Shown here in pieces: positions 46,708 to 57,852 of a stretch of DNA of 64,000 nucleotides. Positions within the stretch are counted from its first letter, which is position 1; each line of letters starts with the position of its first letter. The notes under the pieces were generated by a model that was not told where the DNA came from, made no database searches, and worked only from the letters and a program-made list of their open reading frames with translations. The DNA comes from Chlamydiota bacterium. Lineage in GTDB: Bacteria > Chlamydiota > Chlamydiia > Chlamydiales > JABHNK01. The stretch covers positions 597 through 64,596 of the forward strand of contig JBNJDP010000002.1 of the NCBI GenBank assembly GCA_051744985.1, in the 5' to 3' direction. Made by a program: the position numbers and the translations under genes.

Positions 46708-47733
46708 ATGACTTTGGTTTTAGGCATTGAGAGTACTTGTGATGAGACTGGCTGTGCGATCGTTAAAGACGGCCATCAAATTCTTTCTAATATCGTATCT
46801 TCCCAAATAGACCTTCATAGCGAGTTCGGCGGTGTAGTTCCTGAGCTGGCATGCCGTCAACATATTGAGGTCTTGATACCCGTTATTCGTCAAGCTTTGG
46901 ATCAAGCAGAGGTAAGCTTAAAAGATATAGATCTTATAAGTGCTGCCAGAGGTCCTGGGCTTATCGGAGCACTCTTAATAGGCCTCAATGCTGCCAAAGC
47001 TTTATCATATGCTTCAGAAAAGCCCTTTATAGGCGTTAACCATATTGAAGCCCACCTATATGCTGCGATGATGGGTGTTCTCGATGATCTGCGTTTTCCT
47101 GCTTTGGGGGTAGTAGTTTCCGGTGGACACACTTTCCTGGTTAAAATTAACGATATTGGCAGCTATCAAGCTCTCGGCACTACTATCGACGACGCTGTTG
47201 GAGAGGCTTTTGATAAAGTCGCTAAAATCATGGATATCCCCTACCCCGGAGGACCCAACATCGAAAAATTAGCTAAAGATGGCGACTCTCATTATTATGA
47301 TTTTAAACCGGGTAAAATCAAGGGGCGGCCTTTAGACTTTTCTTTTAGCGGTCTCAAGACCAGCGTCCTCTATACTGTTAAAGGACAAAGTGCCAAGATG
47401 AAATCCCCTCTCATCATTAGTGAAGAAGAAAAGAAACATGTAGCTGCCAGCTTTCAACGAGCGGCTTTGAGCGATATAACTAAAAAAATCGAAAAAGCTC
47501 TTAAAGATGAAAAGTTTGAGTGCTTAATTCTTGGCGGAGGGGTAACAAACAATAATCGCCTACGAGAAATGGTTGCTGAGCTAGAGCTCGACATTCCGGT
47601 ATATTGGCCCCCCCGTGCTCTAACACAAGATAATGCAGCCATGATTGCGGGGCTAGGATACCAGCAATATCAGCGCCAAGGTCATCCCGATCCCTGGGAT
47701 CTGGAACCTCAAACTGCGATGCCTCTTTTATAA
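46708..47733 (+). CDS. tsaD: tRNA N6-adenosine threonylcarbamoyltransferase
   Basis: LGIESTCDETGCAIV, HIEAHLYA, VSGGHT. Confidence 0.95.
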   Translation: MTLVLGIESTCDETGCAIVKDGHQILSNIVSSQIDLHSEFGGVVPELACRQHIEVLIPVIRQALDQAEVSLKDIDLISAARGPGLIGALLIGLNAAKALSYASEKPFIGVNHIEAHLYAAMMGVLDDLRFPALGVVVSGGHTFLVKINDIGSYQALGTTIDDAVGEAFDKVAKIMDIPYPGGPNIEKLAKDGDSHYYDFKPGKIKGRPLDFSFSGLKTSVLYTVKGQSAKMKSPLIISEEEKKHVAASFQRAALSDITKKIEKALKDEKFECLILGGGVTNNNRLREMVAELELDIPVYWPPRALTQDNAAMIAGLGYQQYQRQGHPDPWDLEPQTAMPLL

Positions 47734-47820
47734 GGCTCGATTATGGGCTTTTAAAATAGTAGGAGCTGTAAGGTGCAGCTATAGTATGCTTAAGAAGTTC
47801 CTTGGCACCCTAATAACTGC

Positions 47821-47856
47821 GGAGAGGTTTATCGCCTTAAGACGCTAAACCTCCCC
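47821..47856. terminator. Hairpin between convergent tsaD and the small secreted protein gene
   Basis: ggagaggttta (47821-47831) pairs with taaacctcccc (47846-47856), 10 of 11 bp. Confidence 0.4.
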
Positions 47857-47919
47857 GGTTATAGTGGTGAGCCGATCTATTGATATATCTGCTCAGCCAG
47901 CTAATATTGAGTGAAAAAT

Positions 47920-48210
47920 CTACATACGATGAAATTCCAAATCAAACTGGGATGGCCCTGCCATCTCACCCATATCTTTGTATATCACTTCGACAAAAAT
48001 ATTGGAGTGAGAGGTTACTATCAAGTACCCCCCTTTGGTATTGATAATATTTTCAAGAACTTCATGAGAACCTATATAATTCTCTATCTGGGAGCTATCC
48101 AAAATAGCTTTTACCTCATCAATACCTTGGTAAAGAGGTGGCAAGACAGCAAACAAGCTCTGCCCGCCTATCAAGGCCGTAGCTGCTATAGCTAAAAACA
48201 TTTTCTTCAT
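47920..48210 (-). CDS. Small secreted hypothetical protein (96 aa)
   Basis: The internal start MKKMFLAIAATALIGGQSLFA (signal peptide) is preceded by gagg. The track ORF extends upstream to 48279. Confidence 0.55.
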   Translation of the reverse strand: MKKMFLAIAATALIGGQSLFAVLPPLYQGIDEVKAILDSSQIENYIGSHEVLENIINTKGGYLIVTSHSNIFVEVIYKDMGEMAGPSQFDLEFHRM

Positions 48211-48357
48211 AATAACAACCTCATTTTCTTGTAAATGGTGGAGTACTTCAATTTTAGAGTAAGCTAATTTTATTAGCAAGCTGATTACTTTCTTGAAAAT
48301 ATTAGTGTCATTGATATAAAATGCTCTTTTTCAACAAACAAATTTCGGAGAATAATC

Positions 48358-48516
48358 ATGGCATCAACCAAACGCGAAAAGGTCAAACTAAAGAGCACAG
48401 AAAGCTCAGAATTTTACTACACTGAAAAAAACAAAACCCAAACTCCTGGACGCTTAGAGCTTAAGAAGTTCGATAAGAGCTTGCGCAAGCACGTCACTTT
48501 TAGAGAAACCAAATAA
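48358..48516 (+). CDS. rpmG: 50S ribosomal protein L33, not in ORF track
   Basis: Hand translation gives MASTKREKVKLKSTESSEFYYTEKNKTQTPGRLELKKFDKSLRKHVTFRETK. This is the classic L33 pattern (KNK....RLEL.K.D...RKHV...E.K). Confidence 0.9.
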   Translation: MASTKREKVKLKSTESSEFYYTEKNKTQTPGRLELKKFDKSLRKHVTFRETK

Positions 48517-48549
48517 TTTTGTTTTTGCTTTTAACAGGTATCAACCTTA

Positions 48550-50001
48550 ATGTTTGAACTATCTGTCGCTTGGAAGTATCTCGCCCCTCGTCGGCGACAG
48601 CTTTCAGTTTCAATCATTTCCATCTTATCGGTAGCAGTCATTTCTATGGTAGTTTGGCTGATCCTGGTTTTTTTTTCGGTGACTCGAGGGCTCGAAAAGT
48701 CTTGGATCGACAAGCTGGTAACGATGACTGCGCCCATTCGGTTATCACCCACTCCCACTTATTACGATTCATATTATTATAACATCGACAGCTATAGCAT
48801 AGCTTCAGACTATAATACTAAGTCTATTGGCGAAAAGCTCGCTGCCCCGCAAAGCGATCCCTATGACCCCTACTTTGATATGGAGATCCCTCCCCGCTTA
48901 CGCTCTAAATATAACAGCAAAGATATCGTTAAAGATACCTTTGCTATCATCAATGATATTGAAGGCTTAAAAGCTTCGGAATATCAATACGCTATTGGCC
49001 ATCTACGCTTAGAGCTCTTACGAGGCAATATTAAAACCATCTTAAACCAAGCTTGCTATCTTTCTGCATTTGACAATGCTAATGACAACTTATCGACTAT
49101 TATTACCGAGCCGGCTAGTGGTAATCCTGCGGAGCTAGTCACCTCCGATCGTGTTTTAGGCGATGGGATATTAGTAGCTAAATTCTTCCAAGATAGCGGC
49201 GTACAGCTTGGCGACCAAGGTTTTATTTCTTACTATAACAACAGTGCTAGCGGGTGGCAGGAACAACGCTTGCCCATCCATGTTGCCGGGTTTTACGATC
49301 CTGGCATTTTACCGTTAGGTGGAAAGATTATTATAACTAATCCTCAAGTTGTAAATTTAGTGGGAGGACAAACCGAATTAATCGACAACACCCTAGGAAA
49401 CGGCATTAACGTATGGTTTGATAAATACCCCAATGCCCCTCACCTGAAGAGCAAAATTCTTACCAAACTTTCAGAACATAATCTAGATAGTTATTGGTCA
49501 GTAAAAACCTATCAAGAATATGATTTCACTAAAGATATTGTGCAGCAACTGCAGAGTGAAAAAAACCTTTTCATGCTGATAGCTGTAATTATCATGATCG
49601 TAGCCTGCTCAAATATAGTCTCTATGTTGATTATCCTCGTCAATGACAAGAAAAAGGAAATCGGCATCCTCCAATCGATGGGAGCCACCTCTTGGAGTAT
49701 TGCTTCGATCTTCGGATTTTGCGGGATAATCATGGGCATTTTAGCATCTTTGATAGGCACAGGAGCAGCATTATTAACTCTACACTATCTGCCGCAACTA
49801 TTAAACTTTCTTAGCTCACTACAGGGCTACGAGCTTCTCAACTCTACGTTTTATGGCGATCATATCCCTAACGCCCTAGATCTAGGCGTGCTCCGCTTTG
49901 TTATCAGCGCTACAGCTATCATCTCCCTTTTATCTGGGATAATTCCAGCAATCAAAGCATGCTTGGTCCGCCCAGCAAATATTTTAAGGTCTTCAGAATG
50001 A
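48550..50001 (+). CDS. LolC/LolE-type lipoprotein-release ABC permease (FtsX-like)
   Basis: N-terminal MFELSVAWKYL..RR, a large periplasmic loop, a C-terminal FtsX-type 3-TM domain, and adjacency to lolD. Confidence 0.8.
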   Translation: MFELSVAWKYLAPRRRQLSVSIISILSVAVISMVVWLILVFFSVTRGLEKSWIDKLVTMTAPIRLSPTPTYYDSYYYNIDSYSIASDYNTKSIGEKLAAPQSDPYDPYFDMEIPPRLRSKYNSKDIVKDTFAIINDIEGLKASEYQYAIGHLRLELLRGNIKTILNQACYLSAFDNANDNLSTIITEPASGNPAELVTSDRVLGDGILVAKFFQDSGVQLGDQGFISYYNNSASGWQEQRLPIHVAGFYDPGILPLGGKIIITNPQVVNLVGGQTELIDNTLGNGINVWFDKYPNAPHLKSKILTKLSEHNLDSYWSVKTYQEYDFTKDIVQQLQSEKNLFMLIAVIIMIVACSNIVSMLIILVNDKKKEIGILQSMGATSWSIASIFGFCGIIMGILASLIGTGAALLTLHYLPQLLNFLSSLQGYELLNSTFYGDHIPNALDLGVLRFVISATAIISLLSGIIPAIKACLVRPANILRSSE

Positions 50002-50660
50002 GTGTTGTTCTCCAAGCCAAAGACATTTACCAAACCTTTTACAGTCCTATTAAAATAGATCTTTTGAAGGGGATAAACTTGACGATCTCCAGCAATGAGA
50101 CCATCGCTATTATGGGGGCTTCGGGAGAAGGCAAAAGCTCTTTGTTACACATTTTGGGAACTCTAGCCAAACCAAGTAGCGGATCTTTAAAGATCTGCGG
50201 GCAAAAAGCGACATCGACTATCAGGAACCAACATGTGGGGTTTATTTTTCAGGCTTTTCACCTTTTAGAAGACTACAGTGCTTTAGATAACATTCTTATG
50301 CCTGCTAAAATCGCCCGCCAAGCTACGGGCAGGGAATCCAAGGCCTATCAGAGAGCTCTATCACTACTAGGGATGGTAGGATTGGAGCATAGAGCTGACC
50401 ACCATACTAAATTGCTTTCGGGAGGAGAACGTCAAAGGGTCGCCATCGCTCGCGCTTTATGTAACGACCCTGATATAATTATGGCTGATGAACCTACCGG
50501 CAACCTTGACCACCAGACCTCCCAAGCAATTCATGATCTGCTAATCAATTGCGCAAAGCAAGCAGGCAAGGCTTTACTCATCGTCACCCACGATGAGAGC
50601 TTAGCAGCTCTCTGTGACAAGACCTTTCTTCTTGAAGGCGGTAAATTGCGCCTCCTCTAA
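49998..50660 (+). CDS. lolD: Lipoprotein-release ABC transporter ATP-binding protein
   Basis: The ATG at 49998 overlaps the upstream stop (ATGA). Walker [10 protein letters not shown], signature [15 protein letters not shown], Walker B IIMADEP. Confidence 0.85.
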   Translation: MSVVLQAKDIYQTFYSPIKIDLLKGINLTISSNETIAIMGASGEGKSSLLHILGTLAKPSSGSLKICGQKATSTIRNQHVGFIFQAFHLLEDYSALDNILMPAKIARQATGRESKAYQRALSLLGMVGLEHRADHHTKLLSGGERQRVAIARALCNDPDIIMADEPTGNLDHQTSQAIHDLLINCAKQAGKALLIVTHDESLAALCDKTFLLEGGKLRLL

Positions 50661-51668
50661 GTCAGCATCCATCATCATTTTCACCAACTCTTCTAAAGAA
50701 GTTGAAGGCTCCCACCCCAATTTTTCTTTAGCTTTAACAGGGTCACCTAGAAGAATATCGACCTCGGCAGGGCGGAAATATTTAGGAGAGACTTCGACCA
50801 AGACCTTGCCCGTCTGGCTACAAAGCCCTTTTTCTGTCACACCTTCGCCTACCCAATCAAGCTCCATTCCTGCTTCCTTGAATGCCAATTCAGCAAATTC
50901 TCTTACAGAAGTTGTTTTACCTGTCGCTAGCAGATAATCGTCAGGGGTTTCCTGTTGCATCATCAACCACATTCCTTCAACATAGTCTTTGGCATACCCC
51001 CAGTCACGCTTAGCATCGAGGTTACCCAAAACGAGCTTATCTTGCAGACCATATTTGATAGCGGAGGCAGCGCGGGTAATCTTGCGAGTCACAAAAGTTT
51101 CACCTCTACGAGGGCTTTCATGGTTGAATAAAATGCCGTTGCAAGCAAAAAGGTTATAAGCTTCGCGATAGTTAACCACCGTCCAGTAAGCAAACTGCTT
51201 AGCAACCCCATAAGGAGAGCGAGGATAAAAAGGTGTGTCTTCCGTTTGAGGAACTTCACGCACTTTCCCATAAAGCTCCGATGTTGAAGCTTGATAAAAT
51301 TTTGTGCGCAAGCCATGCTCTTTGATAGCATCAAGAAAACGCAAAGTTCCTAGTCCGTCAACCTGTGCAGTAAATTCAGGCATTTGAAAAGAGACATGGA
51401 CATGACTCATGGCACCGAGATTATAAATCTCATCAGGCTGCGTTTTATCGAGTATGCGGTTGAGGTTCGATGAGTCCGCCAAATCCCCATAATGAAGAAA
51501 AAAACGATCCCTCAACTCCGGATCTTCATGCAAATGGTCAACTCTTTGAGTATTAAATTGTGAAGCTTTTCTAATAATACCGTGGACGGTATAACCTTTT
51601 TTTAATAAAAATTCTGCCAAATATGAGCCGTCTTGGCCGGTAATTCCTGATATCAGTGCAACTTTCAT
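50601..51668 (-). CDS. gmd: GDP-mannose 4,6-dehydratase
   Basis: [47 protein letters not shown]. Confidence 0.95.
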   Translation of the reverse strand: MKVALISGITGQDGSYLAEFLLKKGYTVHGIIRKASQFNTQRVDHLHEDPELRDRFFLHYGDLADSSNLNRILDKTQPDEIYNLGAMSHVHVSFQMPEFTAQVDGLGTLRFLDAIKEHGLRTKFYQASTSELYGKVREVPQTEDTPFYPRSPYGVAKQFAYWTVVNYREAYNLFACNGILFNHESPRRGETFVTRKITRAASAIKYGLQDKLVLGNLDAKRDWGYAKDYVEGMWLMMQQETPDDYLLATGKTTSVREFAELAFKEAGMELDWVGEGVTEKGLCSQTGKVLVEVSPKYFRPAEVDILLGDPVKAKEKLGWEPSTSLEELVKMMMDADLEEAQFTAFKKKGLVTESC

Positions 51669-51826
51669 CTATGCTCTCCAAAAATTTATCATCTTTATAT
51701 GCTACACAAGAGCTGCTTAAAACGCTATTTTTTTAACATATCTTCATAACACCAAACTTACGGTTGGAGATAAATAGTATTATGATTATATTTTTCTAGC
51801 TTAGAACAACCTACACAGAAGAGCTG

Positions 51827-53980
51827 ATGTCAAAAAAAATCTTTCTACTATTACTAATCTCAGCACTAACATGCTCCTTGAACCATGTTTACGCTAACAA
51901 TGATACCAAAGAAAAGCTCGAGGAGCTTTTTGCTAAAGGAATTATCGTAGACCTCCGCGACCCCTCTTATAAAGATGGGGTTTTATCGACAAAGCATGGC
52001 GGTGTAATCACTGGCGATAAAATCCGCATTCAAGCACAACGTATAAAATATATTCGTAAGATCGATGAAGACGAACAGGTCATCAAAGTTACGGCTTCAG
52101 GTGATGTGATGGTTGAATACGGCGATCGAATTTTTATCGGAGAAAAGCTGGAATATGACTTTGTTGAAGAACGCGGAACGGTCTATGATGCAAAGACTAA
52201 CATAGAAAATTGGTATATTGGTGGCGAATTTATCGAGCTACGTCCTGACCAAAGTTTTTTCATCAAGCGAGCTTATGTTTCTTCATGTGAGAGTGCTGAG
52301 AGCGATTGGCAGTTAGCAGCACAAAACATTATAATAAAACAAAGTCGCATCCTCTCTGCACACAGTATACAAATGCGTTTTATTAAGGTTCCGGTCTTTT
52401 GGATTCCTTCTTTCAGCGCTAATATCGACACTCTTATGGATGCCCCCTTTACTTTTAAGATGCGCTGGGGCGGCGGCCACGGAGCTCGTTTTAACTTAGG
52501 GTACCGTTTTTGGGCTAACGAATATTTCAAAGGCGTTGCCAACCTAGATTATAGCTGGCGCAGAGGCTGGGGAGGCGGCATCGACACTCATTATGAATAC
52601 GAACCCAACAATGAAAAATTTTATACTCACAACTTTATAGCTTATGATCGCACCCGCCATGAGCGTCGCTTCCGCTTTGACGGCATCTATCAAAGAACTT
52701 TAGGTGATGAAAGGACTTTTCTCGACCTAAAATATGATAGACTAAGCGACAGGAGCATGGCTTCTGATTACCATGACAAAGATTTTGATCTAAAAACAGC
52801 AGGAATGACAGCCCTAACCCTTCAACGTCAACGCGACAATTGGACAGGCAGTTTTCTAAGCCGACTACGCATCAATTCTTTTCAAACTATCACTCAAGAG
52901 CTTCCGACCTTCCACTTGTCCAACCGCCCTTTCAATCTTGGCGACAGTGGATTCATCACTAATAACCAAGCTACAGTATCTTATTTAGATCTCAAATATG
53001 CTGATGGTCTACCCACAAGCTATCAAGACTATAACTCCACTCGCTTGATGACCCATGACAATATTTACCGCCCTTTCAAGCTACACAAATTCACTTTAAC
53101 GCCCGATGTAGGTGTTGTAGGTATTTTTTATGGCAACAGCCCTAATGATGAAGCTAAGTGGTTAGGGATGCTCACTGCCAACTTTAAGGTACAGACGATC
53201 TTCTCCCGCTATAATACCACGACCCTTCAAACCTCAGAGCCTTATGTAGAATATCAGTATCATAGCAACCCTACCACCGATGTCCCTGAACATTATGTTT
53301 TTGATATTAATGATGGGCTAGCAGAAATCAACATAGTAACCGCAGGCATAAAAAATTCTTGGTATAGCAAAGACCAGAACACCACATCTCGCCAGCTAAT
53401 GATAGACCTTTACACTAAAGCCATCTTAAACACTAAAGCCGCTAATGATAACATTGCGCGTCTCTACTCTGATATTACATGGACAGCTCTTGACAACCTC
53501 AACATGTTTTGTAATGTCGCGTGGAACTGCAACCATAATGTCTTTGACCAATTAGGCTTACGTAGTGAATGGACTTATAATGAAAACCTCGCTCTTTCTG
53601 CTGAATATAGAAAGCGCGGTCAATATAATTGGCGTCGGGCTGATCACACCAATTACATTTTAGATGCTTTCCGCCAACAAAACTCACTAAGAGATTCGAG
53701 GCTTTCCGATAAAAATGATATTATCCTCGCCAAAGCTTTTTATCGATTTTCTCCCCGCTGGAGTTCAACGTTCCACTCTCGCCATGGCTGGAACCGTCAG
53801 AATGAAAAGCCTTTTAATGAGTATAATATAGAGCTTGCTACCATTTTAAATTGCACTTGGGAAGTAAAGTTATCATACCAACGAAAAATTAATGATCAAC
53901 GTTTTGCTATTAGAATCAACCTCGTTGACCCTAGACCGCAAACAGTATCATCTAAACTACCATCGTTGAAATGGAGTTAA
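51827..53980 (+). CDS. lptD: LPS-assembly outer membrane protein LptD (OstA family)
   Basis: Signal peptide, an N-terminal OstA-like beta-jellyroll segment (IRIQAQRIKY...ASGDVMVEYGDRIFIGEKLEYD), and a large Tyr/Trp-rich C-terminal barrel. Confidence 0.7.
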   Translation: MSKKIFLLLLISALTCSLNHVYANNDTKEKLEELFAKGIIVDLRDPSYKDGVLSTKHGGVITGDKIRIQAQRIKYIRKIDEDEQVIKVTASGDVMVEYGDRIFIGEKLEYDFVEERGTVYDAKTNIENWYIGGEFIELRPDQSFFIKRAYVSSCESAESDWQLAAQNIIIKQSRILSAHSIQMRFIKVPVFWIPSFSANIDTLMDAPFTFKMRWGGGHGARFNLGYRFWANEYFKGVANLDYSWRRGWGGGIDTHYEYEPNNEKFYTHNFIAYDRTRHERRFRFDGIYQRTLGDERTFLDLKYDRLSDRSMASDYHDKDFDLKTAGMTALTLQRQRDNWTGSFLSRLRINSFQTITQELPTFHLSNRPFNLGDSGFITNNQATVSYLDLKYADGLPTSYQDYNSTRLMTHDNIYRPFKLHKFTLTPDVGVVGIFYGNSPNDEAKWLGMLTANFKVQTIFSRYNTTTLQTSEPYVEYQYHSNPTTDVPEHYVFDINDGLAEINIVTAGIKNSWYSKDQNTTSRQLMIDLYTKAILNTKAANDNIARLYSDITWTALDNLNMFCNVAWNCNHNVFDQLGLRSEWTYNENLALSAEYRKRGQYNWRRADHTNYILDAFRQQNSLRDSRLSDKNDIILAKAFYRFSPRWSSTFHSRHGWNRQNEKPFNEYNIELATILNCTWEVKLSYQRKINDQRFAIRINLVDPRPQTVSSKLPSLKWS

Positions 53981-54196
53981 ACCCAGGATTGCAACATAAT
54001 CTTTAGCTAAGCGCTATAGAAGGACTTAATATAGAAGAGGAAGCAAAAGGGCTCTTAAATGAAAGATGAGATGAGGTTGCAACCCTGGGGTAAAAAAAAC
54101 TTCCTCCAAAACATGTAATCTAGTAGTTTATGATGATTCAAAACCGGAATCATTATTTAGTATAGTTGATCTTCAATATGAAAGAGAGGTTCTGTT

Positions 54197-54871
54197 ATGA
54201 GACTAAGTTTTACTACTAAAGTTTACTCCAAAACTTTTCCTCATATTAGCAAAATCCATCACATTCCGATAAAACGTATTTTTGATATTTTTTTTAGCTT
54301 GACCGCTCTAATTTGTGTAGCTCCTGTTTTTCTTATTATAGCAGCTTTAATAGCTTTTACATCGCCGGGGCCTATTATTTTTTCTCATCAACGCGTCGGA
54401 CGTGGCGGCCGTCTTTTTTCATGCTTCAAATTTCGTACCATGTATGTCGATGCTAATGAAAAGTTAGAAGAAATTTTAGCTAATGATCCTCAAGCGCAGA
54501 AAGAATGGGAAGCTAATCATAAACTTAAAGATGATCCGCGCGTAACCCCTTTAGGCTGTTTTTTACGTAAAACTTCACTCGATGAACTACCACAATTTCT
54601 CAATATCCTTAAAGGCGACATGAGCACGGTGGGCCCAAGAGCTTTGGTTTCCGATGAAGTTCACCAAAAACTAGGATATAAGGCCAACAAAATTTTATCT
54701 ATAAGACCCGGCTTAACTGGAGTATGGCAAACTTCGGGCCGCAGCAATACCTCTTATCAACAACGCTTAACAATGGACGAAGAGTATATCGACAAACATA
54801 ACCTATGGTACGACATATATTTAATACTAAAGACCATTCCGGTAATGCTTTTTCGACATGGAGCTTATTGA
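54197..54871 (+). CDS. Undecaprenyl-phosphate sugar phosphotransferase (bacterial sugar transferase family)
   Basis: KRIFD, FKFRTM, DPRVTP.G.FLRKTSLDELPQ, RPGLTGVWQ.SGR. Confidence 0.9.
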   Translation: MRLSFTTKVYSKTFPHISKIHHIPIKRIFDIFFSLTALICVAPVFLIIAALIAFTSPGPIIFSHQRVGRGGRLFSCFKFRTMYVDANEKLEEILANDPQAQKEWEANHKLKDDPRVTPLGCFLRKTSLDELPQFLNILKGDMSTVGPRALVSDEVHQKLGYKANKILSIRPGLTGVWQTSGRSNTSYQQRLTMDEEYIDKHNLWYDIYLILKTIPVMLFRHGAY

Positions 54872-54874
54872 TCG

Positions 54875-55402
54875 ATGTCCTTTTCTAAGAATCGAGGGGT
54901 ATGGCCCCCCTTCATTCTATGCCTATCTTTTCTATTGAGCTTTCCCATAGTCTTCCCCACTCTTAAGCTCACCTTTTTTGCTCCTTTTATTGTGATGCTA
55001 TACTACCAGCAACCTAAGCAAGCGTGCTTATGGGTATCATTTTGGTGTGGGCTTATTATCGACATTCTATCTTCTTCTAGCATCATGGGAATGCATGTTT
55101 TAAACTATTGCTTGACGACAGCCATTTTATATGAGAAGCGGCGAGCTTTTTTTGAAGATAGCATAATATCCCTGCCGATAATGACAATGATCTTTTCGAT
55201 GTTGTCTTCGATCTTACAAGCCTCATTATTGAAATTTTTCGGAGCCTCATTACCACTGTCTTGGCATTGGGTCTTCACCGATTTAGTTGTGATGAGTGGA
55301 GTCGATGGTTTATACGCCTTCATACTCTTCACTATTCCCACACTCTTTCGTATTCATCGCGGATACCGCAAAAAACCAAACTTGCTAAAACGTCCCAAGT
55401 AA
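54875..55402 (+). CDS. Polytopic membrane protein (MreD-like size and topology, unverified)
   Basis: 175 aa with about 5 TM segments. No diagnostic motif. Confidence 0.5.
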   Translation: MSFSKNRGVWPPFILCLSFLLSFPIVFPTLKLTFFAPFIVMLYYQQPKQACLWVSFWCGLIIDILSSSSIMGMHVLNYCLTTAILYEKRRAFFEDSIISLPIMTMIFSMLSSILQASLLKFFGASLPLSWHWVFTDLVVMSGVDGLYAFILFTIPTLFRIHRGYRKKPNLLKRPK

Positions 55403-55436
55403 GTTATACCTTTGGGGTAAATAATAACGTTATGCT

Positions 55437-56333
55437 GTGGAAACTACTATGATTATCGATGGAAAACAAGTTGCCGACAAGATTATAAACGACCTTTCTA
55501 TACAAATCCGTCAACTTCCTAAACGCCCCCCTGGGCTGGCTATTATTGGTGTAGGAGAAGATCCTGCTTCTCAAGTTTATATTCGAATGAAAATTCGACG
55601 CTGTGAGGAAGTTGGAATATATGCGCAACATATCTCGCTACCTCCTGACATTTCTCAATTGCAGCTGCAAAGGGAAATTGATAAGGCTAACAAGGACCCT
55701 AGGATCGATGGTCTTATAGTCCAGCTCCCCTTGCCCGACCATCTAGATCCTTTTTTAGCGGCTCAAGCTGTTGCCCCCCATAAAGATGTCGACGGTTTGC
55801 ATCCCATAAATATTGGCAAGCTTGTTACAGGGCAGCCATGTTTTGTTCCTTGTACCCCACTAGGCATCCAAACACTTTTAAAACATTACAGCATACCAGT
55901 AGCTGGCAAGCATGTTGTTATCGCAGGGCGTAGCAATATTGTAGGTAAACCTATGGCAGCACTGCTTTTGCAGCGTGGTAAATATGCAGATGCTACCGTG
56001 ACGGTGGCCCATAGCCGAACCCCCGATTTAAAGGGGATGTGCCGGCAAGCTGATATCCTTATTAGTGCTATAGGAGCCCCACATATTATCACAGCAGATA
56101 TGGTTGCTGAAGGGGCTACTGTTATTGATGTTGGGATGAACAGAATTCCAGACTCTACTAAAAAATCTGGTTACCGCTTAACGGGAGATGTTGATTTCGC
56201 TAACGTACAACAGAAATGTGATTATATCACACCTGTTCCCAAGGGGGTAGGCCCTATGACGGTAGCTATGCTCTTGTCTAATACTTTCAATAGTTACCTG
56301 TCCAGCAACTCTGATGAAGATGACAGAAGGTAA
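55437..56333 (+). CDS. folD: Bifunctional methylenetetrahydrofolate dehydrogenase/cyclohydrolase
   Basis: IIDGK.VA, GEDPASQVY...K, VQLPLP, GRSNIVGKP, PVPKGVGPMTVAML. Confidence 0.95.
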   Translation: METTMIIDGKQVADKIINDLSIQIRQLPKRPPGLAIIGVGEDPASQVYIRMKIRRCEEVGIYAQHISLPPDISQLQLQREIDKANKDPRIDGLIVQLPLPDHLDPFLAAQAVAPHKDVDGLHPINIGKLVTGQPCFVPCTPLGIQTLLKHYSIPVAGKHVVIAGRSNIVGKPMAALLLQRGKYADATVTVAHSRTPDLKGMCRQADILISAIGAPHIITADMVAEGATVIDVGMNRIPDSTKKSGYRLTGDVDFANVQQKCDYITPVPKGVGPMTVAMLLSNTFNSYLSSNSDEDDRR

Positions 56334-56541
56334 AAGATGTTTCATGCTAAAGTAGGTATATCGAAGCTACAAAAGTATCATCGCATCAGAAAGATGGTCA
56401 TAAATAAACTTGAATGAAAGCTTCGTAACTACTATACCAATAATGTTTCAAAACTATATTTATCTCAGATAGAAGATGATCTTTTAATCATTAATGGCAT
56501 AAAATGTTTTTCCCAACTTATTATTATCAGCGCGAGGTTTT

Positions 56542-57852
56542 GTGTACAAATTACTGCTAAGTACTGTATTTCTTTTACAGCTATCGACAATATGGGGAGA
56601 GGAGATTTCTCTTAAGGATGCTGAGCACAAAGCTTTACAGCATAATGAATCTCTTTCAGCTTTGCGTGACCTCTCCGACGAAGCACGCTTTAACTATCAG
56701 CAACAGCAATCGCGCTGGTTCCCTGAACTTTCCTTGACAGGCCAAATATCACGCACCGAATATCCTAACATTTATAATAAAAAGCGCCACCATCAGTATG
56801 CTCTCCTTTTGAAACAGCCTCTTTTCAATAGCGGTCTATACTATAATACAAAGCTAAAAAAGCTTCAGTGGGAAGCTCGACAGCATCATACTGCGACTTC
56901 ATCACAAAATGTTATCTACCAAGTACGGAAGGCCTACTATCGAATCGTTTTACTACATGAAGAACTATTGGTTCGCCAGGAAAATCTTGCCTTATTACGG
57001 AAAGCTTTAAATGATCAACGGCAAAAACTACAAGCAGGTGTTACGACAGAGTTTCATGTTTTGGAGAGTGATGTTGCTGTTGCCAATGCCCTCTCTCCTT
57101 ATTACAAGACATTACAGGAATTGAAAACTGCTCGTGATATTTTAGGGCGCCTGCTAGGCCATTCTGCTTCTCAAGCTGCCGACCTCCAAATTAGCGAGAA
57201 GCGTCTTGCTGTAAGCTCTATACCCTTAATCTACGAAAAGCTTGAAGTATTACCTAATATCGAAGACTCCATTTTCACAACAGAAGAAATCGAAGCTTGG
57301 GAGGATAAAGCTCTCCACCAGCGCCCTGAACTGCATTTATACCGTACGCAGCTGAAAAGCACCCAGCAATCAGTCAAACTAAAGAAAGGTAACTATCTGC
57401 CCGACTTACATTTCTTTGGAGATTATCACGACACATCGACAGCTTTTCCTTATAGCCATAATAAATACTGGGAAGCAGGTCTACGTTTAGAGTGGAAGCT
57501 TTTTGACAGCTTTGGACGCCTTCAAGAACTGCGAGGAGCTCGTAAAAGCAGATCCGCAGCTAACAAAGACCTCAACAGCCTCAAAGAAGATATTAGGCAG
57601 GAAGTTAAAAGCTGCTTTTACCACTTAGAATCAGCATTGCTGAGCTATTATTCTGCCGAGCGCAGCGTTACCCTAGCAGATAAAGCTCTAGAGCTAGCCT
57701 TACAAAAGCTTCAAGGTGGAGCAATAACTCCTCTAGAATTCAGAGAATCCGTCTACTCTCTTTCCGATGCTAAAGACCATCGTAATCAAGCTGCTTACCA
57801 GCTTATCGATGCCTACTATCAACTACAACGAGAGGCGGGTCAACAGCCATGA
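56542..57852 (+). CDS. TolC-family outer membrane efflux protein
   Basis: Signal peptide, two OEP-type repeats with the characteristic helical heptads and L..A...A......P. GTG start. Confidence 0.7.
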   Translation: MYKLLLSTVFLLQLSTIWGEEISLKDAEHKALQHNESLSALRDLSDEARFNYQQQQSRWFPELSLTGQISRTEYPNIYNKKRHHQYALLLKQPLFNSGLYYNTKLKKLQWEARQHHTATSSQNVIYQVRKAYYRIVLLHEELLVRQENLALLRKALNDQRQKLQAGVTTEFHVLESDVAVANALSPYYKTLQELKTARDILGRLLGHSASQAADLQISEKRLAVSSIPLIYEKLEVLPNIEDSIFTTEEIEAWEDKALHQRPELHLYRTQLKSTQQSVKLKKGNYLPDLHFFGDYHDTSTAFPYSHNKYWEAGLRLEWKLFDSFGRLQELRGARKSRSAANKDLNSLKEDIRQEVKSCFYHLESALLSYYSAERSVTLADKALELALQKLQGGAITPLEFRESVYSLSDAKDHRNQAAYQLIDAYYQLQREAGQQP

